Shown here piece after piece: positions 13,320 to 24,180 of a stretch of DNA of 64,000 nt (position 1 is its first letter; each line of letters starts with the position of its first letter). The stretch lies in NCBI GenBank assembly GCA_051294375.1, contig CM119269.1, forward strand, positions 3,432,187-3,496,186, in the 5' to 3' direction. The position numbers and the translations under genes were made by a program. Under the pieces are notes generated by a model that saw only the letters and a list, made by a program, of their open reading frames with translations, searched no databases and was not told the DNA's origin. Source of the DNA: Paraspadella gotoi (taxonomy: Eukaryota; Animalia; Chaetognatha).

Positions 13320-13530
13320 AACCACGTGATCCAAATCGCCGAAATGGACCCATGTTCGTCTGACGATAAGTTTATCACGCTGACCCACGCGGCTCTTCCC
13401 CCCCCCCCTCGGCCTCCCCCATCTCTCCTCGATCCTTTCTCTTCGGGCTCGTTGCCGAGACGTCGTCCCGTGATTGGTCCGAGTTTCTCGTCGAGTTTTC
13501 CTTTACTCGGTTCCTGATTGGCTGCGACCC
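13320..13530. promoter_or_regulatory. Promoter-like GC-rich island
   Basis: CACGTG E-box (~13323), two inverted CCAAT boxes (TGATTGG at ~13471 and ~13516) and a C-rich tract. No downstream gene identified. Confidence 0.3.
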
Positions 13531-13989
13531 TTTCTCGGTTACATCCGCGACGAAATCTCGAAACGACGGATGTAACTGGATTCAACGCGCGTTTTCGCCC
13601 TTGGGAAGAAAGGAGGAGGGGAGAGGTGATGTACGAGAAGAGCCTAACCCCCTCCGGCCCCTCGCATCCTCCCTTTCACAATCACAACAACCAGGTTCAC
13701 AACAACGACAAGAGCCAGTTCACAGCGACTCGACCGTCGACTCTCACCATCAAATATTCTTCCCGCAATCAACTTCGTCTTTGACTCCAATAATTTTTCT
13801 CTTTTTTTTTTCCGGGCGGAAGAGAAAGAAATTTCCTTTTTCTCTTGTTTGTCTCTTAGTTTCCTTATTTTTACTTTTTTTTTTCCTCCTTATTTTTTCC
13901 CTTTCTTGACTTTACTTACATTTGTTAAGTTTTTCTTACTTCGGTCTGAATAAAAAATNNNNNNNNNNGACCACCATCCGAGAATATTT

Positions 13990-14478
13990 TTTTTTCAATC
14001 TCCATTCCCTTATGAAAAAAAAAATTTAAATGAAACATCGGCAAATCTGAATCATGTTAACCAATCGGCATCCTTTTCTTCCGAGTATTCAACCAATCAT
14101 GGATCTAAGAAAAGTTTGAAGACGTCAACGATTCTGACCATTTGAAGTCTTTCATTTGAGACTTGCGAGAAAAGACGAGAAAAGAAGTTATTTACGAACT
14201 TCGAATCAAAAATCATTTCTGTCAAAAAAATATTTTTTATGGCGTCTCGCGTCAAAAAATATGACATAATTTGACAATTAAGGTCGCGACTTCTTGAAAA
14301 CGATGCGGAAGCCGAACCTACCTTCTCGACATTAAACTTACCTCCGTCCCTTCGCCGATGCTTCGGTTCCGAATCGCTTATTTTTTGTTTTTATCTTCTC
14401 TTACGACTTAATTTTTCAGTCCACTTCAAAAGAATCGAAATGGAACAATCCGAAACTTGATTCCATCGAAAATTAGCT

Positions 14479-14509
<31 letters not shown>

Positions 14510-14825
14510 ACGTCGTCATTTTCGTCGTCATTTTAATCCCCTTTTCATGGAAGTTTTTCTTTTTTAACTTTTTAAATCCACTCATTCAAATTTCTGTCTC
14601 AATTCGCACTCGCTCGAACCCAGGAGATTTTCGTGCATCCAGAAAAATATCAATGATTCATAATGAATCATAGGAAATGCAAATGAATCATTTAAATAAA
14701 ATTAACTAAATACCGAATCTATGAGTAAATGTATTCAAATTCAAATCTTCGATGTTTTTGTTTTCATCGTCATTCGTCGCCTTTTCTGAAAACGAAATAA
14801 ACATTCGTCAAATCGTTTGTAATTT

Positions 14826-14860
<35 letters not shown>

Positions 14861-15330
14861 CGTCGTCCCTCATGATCGATTTGTGGGTCAGTCTTCTCCT
14901 TTTCTTCCGCGGAACCCAAGGTTTGGTTTTCTTTGGTTTTGGGTCTTCGTCGTCGTTGGCTTCGACGGGCTCGGGTTGTTGTCGTTGTAGCCTTTCACGG
15001 AGTCCGACTTTTGATTCCGGGATCTCCGAATAAAGAACATACTTTTCCTTATTTAACGTAGGGATTAGCCAATTAAGTATCTTCCGAATAAAGAACTCCA
15101 CTATGGTTCGAAAAAGTGACCAACTCAAATCAGGGACTCCGATGTCGTCGTCGTCGTCGTCGCTTTCAACGTCGTCGTCTTCGTCATCGTCGTCGTCTTC
15201 GTCATCGTCGTCTTCGTCATCGTCGTCGCAAAAATGGATCCGTTTACGTTTTGGTTACAATAACAAACCCGTGAACTCGGGACTCGCACGGAGTCACGTG
15301 ACTGCGGAGACTCAAGCTGCGTGAAAAACT
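13990..15330 (-). pseudogene. Long coding-like frame (acidic, Arg and Thr tracts) with isolated in-frame stops
   Basis: ORFs 14808..15128 and 14391..14585 share one frame. It is open for 148 codons (15254-14811: KRIHFCDDDDE...IGVPDLSWSLFRTIVEFF...), 64 codons and 97 codons (14390-14100). Stops fall at 14808, 14706, 14688, 14658, 14586, 14391, 14097 and 14052. Confidence 0.45.
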
Positions 15331-15389
15331 GAAAAAAAAAAAAAAATCTTGGAGAAGGGGATGAAATTTGGATTTTCATCCGACGAAGG

Positions 15390-15554
15390 GAAGAAACAAA
15401 GGAGAACAATGAAGGAATCGAATCAGAGGCGGAGCAAAACAAAAAAGAAACAAAGGAGAATGATGAAGGAATCGAAAAAGAGTCAAAGCAAAACAAAAAA
15501 GAAACAAAGGAGAAGAATGAAGGAATCGAAACAGAGGCGGAGTAAAATAAAAAA
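15390..15554 (+). repeat. 54-bp tandem repeat x3 (coding-like, 18-aa unit)
   Basis: Three units with a 54-nt period. One frame reads ETKENNEGIESEAEQNKK / ETKENDEGIEKESKQNKK / ETKEKNEGIETEAE*NKK. Confidence 0.9.
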
Positions 15555-15639
15555 AGCTCAACTGTACCAATTCAAGAAAAACATGGAAAAGCGACTCGAA
15601 TTAATATCCTCAACTAAAAAAGTCATCATTTTTCTAAAA

Positions 15640-16794
15640 AAATAAGTGCAGCGCGAGAAAACTTAGTAGTCTATTACATCCTCGACCGGATGTGTGTAAC
15701 TGGATTTTAAAAAAAAACATATAATCCCGTCCCGTGAGATTTGGACGAGCACAGATTTTAAAGCTTAGCTTTTGGTGTTTCGATCTTTTTGCATTTCGAT
15801 CCTGCGCTTTGGACGATCGTTTGTTTTCGCTTTCGATTGCAGAAAGTCGATATCTAAGGCTTTTAAGTTTTGCCTCGTTGTTTATTTGTTCGGGCGCGAT
15901 CTCTCATGGTTACCTCGTCTTTGTCGTCCTTTGTCGTCCTTTGTCGTCTTAGGTCTATAACTTTGTCTTTACTTTCTCGGTAGACTTTTACTTTATTGTC
16001 CTGAGATTTAATATATCTTAATATTTTATATTTTGTCTTTACTACATCCTACATCCTCTTGCTTTTTGTAGTTTACTCGTCTGAGTCGCAACCTCTGTCT
16101 TTCTCAAAATATTGTCCTTGACTTTCTCGTCCTCTTCAAAGTTCGTTTCCTTGACTTCTTTTTCACCGTCCTCAATTTGAATTAAATTAAATTAATTTCC
16201 CCGTTTTAATCATTGTCGACGCTTTTAAAGTTGCGGGAGTCTAATTACCGTATTCGTCTTGGGTTTCATTTACTAATTTTAAGTCTTCTTCGTCACAATG
16301 TCCTAATTTTTTTGTCGTTATTGTCCATTTAGTTTTGTTACAAACGTTCTTGTCTCAATGTTAATGATAATCTCTACTCAATTTGTTTGTGTTTATGTCT
16401 GTTTTTATGTTAAAAAATGTTTAAGACTTATTTAAATCAGGCGATCAATGAAGCGGAAGTATCTCGCCCCTTCTTCCAGATGGTCGGCTTTTTAAGTATT
16501 AATCCAACGTCTTAGCGTCCGAAATGGACCTACCTTCGCCCCAAACATCCGAAATGGACCTACCTTCGCCCCAAACATCCTAACTTTCTCAAAGGAATCC
16601 CAAAACGTCTAACTCCCTCCCGAGTTTATTTCCCACGTGATAGACTTCGAATTCAAGGTCGACTCACGATTCGCAAAGAGTTTCCTTTCATTCTTCACAT
16701 CTCGTTCATTCTTTCATTCATTCTCTCTTCGGCTTAGATTCATTTTATTCTTTTCCGTAGAATCTTTCAAAATCGATTTGATGAAATAAATAAG
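15640..16794 (-). pseudogene. Coding-like purine-rich frame with many in-frame stops
   Basis: One frame can be read without a frameshift and includes IQIEDGEKEVKETNFEEDEKVKDNILRKTEVATQT and an open tail of about 88 codons (EIAPEQINNEAKLKSLRYRLSAIESENKR...). It contains about 23 stops, which is not below random expectation. Confidence 0.3.
16518..16580. repeat. Perfect 30-bp tandem duplication
   Basis: TCCGAAATGGACCTACCTTCGCCCCAAACA x2; the unit length is frame-preserving. Confidence 0.95.
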
Positions 16795-17277
16795 CTAAAA
16801 AAATAGTGATTGAATGAATATATTATTTAATTCAAGCTACATTAAAGCCTTCATATGAGTATTTATATACACAAATAAATTAAAATGACAACATTTTCGG
16901 AAACTCGGAAAATGAATGATGACTATATTCTCTTTTGAAGTACAAAAATTTTTTTCACATGAATCAAAACCCTTTTTTTAAACGCAAATAAGATTAATTT
17001 TGAATGAAAGCAACATTCCAGATTTTTTTTATAAATATAAAAAGGCGTAAATAATCTTGTAAAATTTAGCATAAAACGGGGGTGGGTGTAGGGAGGGGGG
17101 GCGGTCTCGCAAATCTCCCGTCGTCCCCTCGGAAAATTCCGTCGGCTTCTTTACTTTTATTTCGTTTCAATTCTTCGCCGCCAGCGACTTTAGTCTTCGG
17201 TCGAGATTTCAGTCTGAGCTTCTGAAGTTAACCCTTTTAACTCGACTCCTCGTCTCCTTAAGATTATGAAACTTTAA

Positions 17278-17315
<38 letters not shown>

Positions 17316-17373
17316 GGTCATTCTCGGAATCTTTGATAAATTCACAGTGGTCCCTCTCATTTTAAACAGCATT

Positions 17374-17453
<80 letters not shown>

Positions 17454-17539
17454 TTTAATCTCCTCAGTCTACTTCTACGTCATCATCACCCGGCGAATTA
17501 TCTTTCGGTTCATCTTCATCTTCTTCCGAGACTTAATCA

Positions 17540-17580
<41 letters not shown>

Positions 17581-17860
17581 TTTATCACCGGGCGCCGTTT
17601 TTCGTCGGCCCAATCTCACCTACGGCGCCGTCGTCGTCGTCGTCGTTATCGCCTTACCCTCTCGGCCGCGAGGGTTGGGCAGAGGTTATCGAAGTTCCTC
17701 TCGTGGTCGTCGTTATCGTCGTCGTTATCGTCGTCATTATCGTCGCTATCGTCGTCGTCACCCATCGATAGAGACGTCGGTATCGTTGGTGTTATCACAA
17801 CAGTTTTTTTTTATTGGATTTCCTTATCGTCGTCGTCGTCGTCATCGTCGTCGTCGTCAT
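17278..17860. repeat. Compound (GTC)n/(ATC)n trinucleotide array
   Basis: (GTC)n at 17278-17313, (ATC)n at ~17376-17452 and further GTC runs. The minus strand would encode poly-Asp or poly-Thr; the plus-strand poly-I/V ORF is an artefact. Confidence 0.9.
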
Positions 17861-18154
17861 GGATCTCTGAAACTCCCTGTCTCCTTCGCTTTTAATTTTT
17901 TTTTCTTCTTTTTTTAAAAATGTTTTTAAAAAAATATTCTTTTTCTTCCTTTTATTATTTCTTTTTTTCTTCTTATCATCAAAGTTGAGGCGATAAACCA
18001 TAATCACTGTTTCTTCAATCTTCATCCTTTTCTCAATGAATCATATTTATCGGTTCTTCCGTCAAACGACGTCGTCGTCGTCGTCGTCGTTTTTGTTGTT
18101 GTTGTTGTCGTACCGATCCATACGTTCGTAAAATCGTTATTCAGTGTTATTCAG

Positions 18155-18231
18155 GCCTCCATCCCTCTTACAAGATATTAAGTCAATAGCAGGGACCTGT
18201 CATGTCATTATCTTGTAAGAGTGATGGAGGC
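18155..18231. repeat. Hairpin with 23-bp arms and 31-nt loop (mini-MITE or pre-miRNA-like)
   Basis: GCCTCCATCCCTCTTACAAGATA versus TATCTTGTAAGAGTGATGGAGGC; 22 of 23 bases complementary. Confidence 0.8.
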
Positions 18232-18588
18232 TTTAAACCACCAAAGTCAGGGGTAAGATAGCTTATTTATTAAATGAATAGATTATTTTTATGTTGGTGA
18301 CTCTCTCAGACTCTCGAATATTACCTTCCAGAGAATTTATTATGATCCTATTCTGCATTTAGTGTAGCGATGGTTCGCACTTGGCTTCCATCTCATCTCA
18401 CGATCCTCGATCCTTCAGCCTCCGTCTCCTTCGCTCCTCCTCGAAACGTGTTAACACCAAAAACTTTTCATTCCAACTCTTTAAATTGTTTTTCTTCTCT
18501 GCGCTGAAAAACTGAGTCCAAGTTTTTTTTTTATCTCTCTCTCTCTCTCACTCTGTAAATTCGCGTAGAGAGACTTTAACTCCTCTTC

Positions 18589-18654
<66 letters not shown>

Positions 18655-19749
18655 AAAACTTTGGACCCCAGTTGATTTTTTTCTAGAAAAAACGCATTGA
18701 TTTTTAATTTCTTCATAACCTTTCCAATTGTTTTTATTTCTCGAATTTTATTTATTTTTTTTTATTTTAAGAATGTCGTAAAGAAAAACTTCGATATTTG
18801 AAAACAGCTTTAGAGCGACCGCTGGTAAATTTTTTTTTCGTTCTTATTTGTTTTAAGTACACCTACGAATAAAAATGTCCTGAAATGTTAAATTTCCAAC
18901 TCTTAAAAATATTTTCAAGGATTTTCTCTGCCATTTTTACAAAATTACAAAAGCCCGCGTTTGGCGTGCTCGCGCGAAAAATAAAAACAAAACCAAATTT
19001 TATAAAAACAAAAACCGAATAAAAAAAAATCATCTCTCTCCCTCATTTCCCAAGAGAACTTAATCCTTAAGTCCATTTTTTAAAAAAAATTTCGGCTGAA
19101 TTTGAAATAAAAATAATACAAAAAGAATAAGCGAAATAAACTAATAGTTAGTAATAAATTAATGACAATTAAATTAAAGGGACGGAGAGCCATAGTTGAT
19201 GCGAAGAGAAACAACAATCTAAAAGTTTTTTTTCTTTGAATATCTGTGAATTTTGAATTCCACATTTATCTTCTTATTGAAAATCGTACTCGAGACGACG
19301 ACGACGACGACGACGACGACGAAGATGATGAAAAATAAATGGTCCAAACTTTTCGTGAGTCACGGTTTTGATAGAGAGCGAGAGAGAGAGGGAGAAACTC
19401 GTATCAATTACTCTCATTTTTCTTTCTTGGTTAAAAAAAAATGGAAGAGAAAAAAGTCGAAATTCCTAAATACAATTTGAGAAGAATTGAAATGGGGAAA
19501 AAAATATCGAATTTTATAATTTTTTCTGGGTGGCCTCCTTATCTCGTTTTCGTCGGCACCATTTTTAAATTATTAAATCGTTTCATCGTTTCTTAAATTC
19601 TTTTTTTTTTTTTACAAAAATCACATCCAAATGATTTTAGGACCTCACACCATCAAATATGATGTTGTGGCGGTATATTCACACCGCCTCACATCCACCC
19701 TCGTTCAGCCAATCCCATTGGCTCAGAGGGAGAACGCGCCATCCCAGAG

Positions 19750-19774
19750 NNNNNNNNNNNNNNNNNNNNNNNNN
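19750..19774. other. Assembly gap, one of seven gaps of exactly 25 N
   Basis: 25-N gaps start at 19750, 25624, 37720, 39312, 54149, 54544 and 62019; 10-N gaps start at 13959 and 29895. Confidence 0.99.
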
Positions 19775-22700
19775 CGGAACAAAGAATTACGAACAACAAA
19801 TACAACGTGAATTAACTCGCGCCAAACGTTTTGAATAAAAAGAACAAAAGAAGAAAAAAAAGAAAGAAAACCGCGAGCGGAAACTTCGTTGTTAATAAGT
19901 TATTTTTCAAGGAGAAAAAAAAAACCGTTCGGATGCCCAAGATCCACATATTTAAGTCGTTTACGGCAGCCTCCCAGGCAGCCGAGGAAGACCGCATTAG
20001 GCAGCCATGAGAGCACGCACGCACCGAGAGCGGAATGAGAGAGAGATCGAGAGACCGATGAGAGAGACGAGAGAGACGAGAGACACAAGACCCCGCGAGA
20101 GAGAAAAGAGAGAGAGAGGAAGGAAGGAAGAAAGAGAGGACATAAAAAGAGAGAATAGAAGAGAGAAAGAGAGAATAGAGAGCAGAGTGAGACAGGAATA
20201 GAGAGGAAAGAAAGAGAGGAACTTAGAGGCAGACAAAGAAACGGTAGCAGACGGATAGCCACATTGGACAGGCAATTAGAGAGGAAGAGGAGAGGAATAG
20301 GATGGAGAGAAAGAGACGTAGAGAGGAGAGATGGACAGGATCAGAGAGAGAGGAGGCCACTCACTCGCAATAAGAAGAAAACACCCGACGGGAAAGACAG
20401 CCGCTCAGAAAAAACTATCCCTTGCTCCCTCTCTGTGATAACTCGATGCCTCCACCCGCCGCAGATGACCAATGATACAGAAATAGCTTGCGGCAAAAAA
20501 TTACCTTATGAAAGAAAGAAAATATAATCTTCCTAAAATATAAAAAAAAACTGAGATCGTTATTCCGTACTGACATACAGATCATAGACGCGAAACACGA
20601 TTCGTCCATCGGCGCTTGCACTTAAAACTACTTTGTCGCAAGATACGATGCGGAGCAGCAGGACCAATTTACCGGACAAAATTCTGATCTCATCAATTCA
20701 ATCCAAACGGAAGACGACGACCGACGCCGACCGACGAGCGCCTCGCCGGTTGCCGAACGCGTCTGTTGAGCGTCCGGGAGTGGTTCATCGTCATTCGACT
20801 TGGGCAAGTTGATAAATACGGTAAAATGATGGCTTGCCATCACAGTCTTCAAGGCAATCCACTTTGGGATTCACGAGTAATCGCATCCCATCTAAACATC
20901 GTAATTGGGATTCAGCCAGGGAAGTGTTGTTCTAAACATTTAGCGAATTCGCGGGTGAAGTTATAAATAAGTGATGGAGACATTAAAAAGGCTATTCGGC
21001 CGACGACAATCGTTTTTTTCACCGGGAATTCAAAAATTACTTCAGAGCCTTTCACTTTAATCGCCAGTCGGGGACGAGATTCGCTCCTGAAGTTCACTTC
21101 GTAAAAACCAAAAAAGAAAAAAAAAGAACGAGCGAAACTTTAAGTATAAAAAGTTGGGTTTTTTTTCTGGCGACACGAAATCGAATTCGAGTTTTTTAGG
21201 ATTCCCCGGGAGAATACCTGATCCCCCGAGGGCGCGGTGTTAAGAGAGGTCTGGTGCGTTATCGCGTTGAAATCTGGCGTTCGTACGTAAACAATGATTT
21301 TGCTTAGCGTTCGTCAAGGATTTAGAAAAGTGAATACTGAGTTGAACGCGCCAGGTCAAACGCGGGGCAGAAGATTAATAATTTTCACATCCCCGGAGAA
21401 TGCTACTAGTTGTTATTGACATGATACTATTGAGAAATATGTTTGTTATGTTTATTACTGTTATCTTGAGGTTTTTAATCTAACATACATCACCGTTATT
21501 CAACATGGGCGTGAGCAGGGAATGTCTAGTGCTGAGGCTATGAACCAATACTAAATATTAAAAACTAAAATTTGTGTTTGACGACTTCACATTCAAGAGA
21601 TAAGGTGTGACGAGAAATATTCTGGAATACGGCTAACGTCGAAACGAGATGAATAATCCTCTGCGCCAGCATCTGATCTTCAACTTCAAAACTCGTACGA
21701 CTGGGCTGCTCTGTCAACCAATCCCTTCAGAGAAATCGTCGCCGCTTCGGATTGATAACTATGAGCCCTGTATCACTAATGCTCCATGCATGTGTGACTC
21801 ACGCAAGCATGCGAGCGTTAGGGCTAAATACAGTACGGGCGCACTTATGCCGTCGCTGGTATCGCGCGCGATACAAATAACATGCTCTAAGGTGGCTCTT
21901 CAACCCCGATTTTTGGCATAAACGCTCACCTCGCGCATTGACGAGATTCCGCGCTAGGAGACTCGACCCCGAATGATTGACCCCTTGCTCTAAGCATGCC
22001 TCGTGCACACCGCACATCCTAATATGTATGTGAGTCAGAACTCTGAGACTACAAGCTCAGAGACTCCATCTCTCATTAATCAACACCACTTTTTATTAAA
22101 GTTTGGGACAGTTGACCTTTCATTTATAAAAGAAGTAAAAATGAGAGAAGCAATGAGAAGATAGATGGGGCTGTATTTTAGATTTGTTTATCTCGTTTGG
22201 TGCCAGCAAAAAATCACTGAAATTAACACAGATTTTAGAAGACAGAATAATAGAAAGTTTTGAATGATGGCTTGAAACAAGTCTTTGAAAAGATGCGTTG
22301 AACTGACGTGAGCCAAGTTTTTGAGACAAATTATTAAAATTTGATCGTTCTCTGAATACAGTTGATATTAACTAAACAAATTTGATTAATCTTGCTGAAA
22401 CAAGAGGGGGGAGGAAATTCCAAGACAAGAACGTTTTCAATGGTTTGATCGGTTTCTTGCACCCCAAACATGCACCTCAACTCTTTCTGTGACCTCGATG
22501 CACGAAGTAACACCCCAGACAACGTAATGATCGACGAAAAGGAGGAAAGACAGCGAAAATCCGGGGGCCATGGAACGCAACGCGCTGGGGCGGCAATAAG
22601 CAGGCGTCATCAGAGGAGACGACGCCGTTGCAGGTCACCATAGAATCGTTTCAAGTGACCGGGGTCAAGGACGGACGACGCTTGGGCGCCATGGGACAAC

Positions 22701-24136
22701 CGCAGTCTAATTCAACGCCGTGAGTCCTTGGAGCGCTTCGGGATGCCGGACGGGGGAGTTTGGCGCCTCCATCAAATTTTGGAGCCCTAACTGAGTTTGG
22801 GCTGTGGGTTCAAGAGATAGGATGGCCAGAGGAGCCCGTCAGAATACCGTACTCAACTGTGGGTCCGTCAAGCTGGGAGCCGAAAACTCATGGGGTGGAT
22901 AAAAACTCTGGGTTGCATGCTGAGTGGACAAATTTGCGACGGCCTCTACTGCCACAGGGCGAAGAGCAGCGGTGCGGACGACCTCTCTATTGTATTTAGT
23001 GTCGTGTACGTACAGGGGGAGTGTAAGGGAAGAGTCTTGTGCGCGCGTGAAATCTGGCTCGTAACGTAAACAATGATCTTTGCTTGCGTTCGTCAAGGAT
23101 TTAGAAAAAGTTGATACTGAGTTTTGAATAGCCGCAGGATTTCAAACGCGGGAATGCCGCAGTAAGATAATAATTTTTACACTCCCCTGGGAATGTGCCG
23201 CTACTGCTATGTTATTCGACATTAACTTATGGGAATATGTTTGTTATGTTTATTTTACTTGTCTTGGAAGGTTCTTTGTAACTCTACACTACACACGTAT
23301 CACATGGTCGTTCTTGAGTCTATGGAAATTCTATGTGCTGAGGCTTATGAACAATACTTCAAATAGCGGAAAGAAGAGGGAATTTTAAAAAAGATTTAAA
23401 GGAATTGGTGAAAGCAGAATAGTAAAACTATTAAAAGATGATAGAATTAATGTAAATATAATAAATAATAAGATAAAACCGTAATTATATAAAACTAAAT
23501 GAAAAGATTTGAAAATTTTCCCGACTGGCCATTCCCCCCCAAAAAATAATCAACGAGTCAGACAACCTATCAAAAAATAGAAACCCACATCAACTAAAAA
23601 AAAAGTCGAAATGAATTAGGAAAAAATGAAAGAAATTAGAAAAAGAAAAATAAAAAAGAAAAAAAAGAAAATTAGGGAGAAAAAAAAAGAGAATCGGTGA
23701 CTGGAATTAAAAAATAAAAAAGAAAAGAAAGGGGAAGAGGAATAGAAAAAAGAATTTTGGTTCGAAAGTCCAGCCGAGATTGATTTCGTTGCTTCGTTAA
23801 TTGTTTTTTTTTTCTTATGGTTTGTTTGTCTTTTAAATTTGTTTTTATAACTAACAGCGAGATCGACACGGCCGATGACCAAACCCTTCTCGTCGGACCC
23901 AAATTCGAGACGACTTCGTCAGTGTGTCTCGACAAAAGTCAACTGGCTTTGTTAACCTCGGAACGAAAGTTTAGAGCCCCGCGGCCCTCGAGTTTTTGCC
24001 CCTACGCGTTGAAAAACGGCGGGCGTTGTTGTCTTTAATGTACCAAACTCTTTATCAAAAAAAATGCAATTTAGTATCCTTCTCTCCTCTCTCTCTTCTC
24101 TCTCCTCTCTTCTCTCTCTCTCTCCTCTCTCTCTCT

Positions 24137-24180
<44 letters not shown>

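Noticed and set aside
14020-14110. KH-domain-like string RSMIG*ILGRKGCRLVNMIQICRCFI*I on the minus strand
   Set aside because: It lies in the frame with far more stops, while the neighbouring frame is open for 97 codons just upstream; likely coincidence.
17314-17895. 193-aa plus-strand ORF with poly-Ile/Val/Ser
   Set aside because: Product of ATC/GTC repeats; any coding potential is on the minus strand.
22845-22880. Possible gag zinc-knuckle remnant (AACTGTGGG, NCG) in the LTR element
   Set aside because: The full CX2CX4HX4C motif is not recoverable and the sequence is too noisy.
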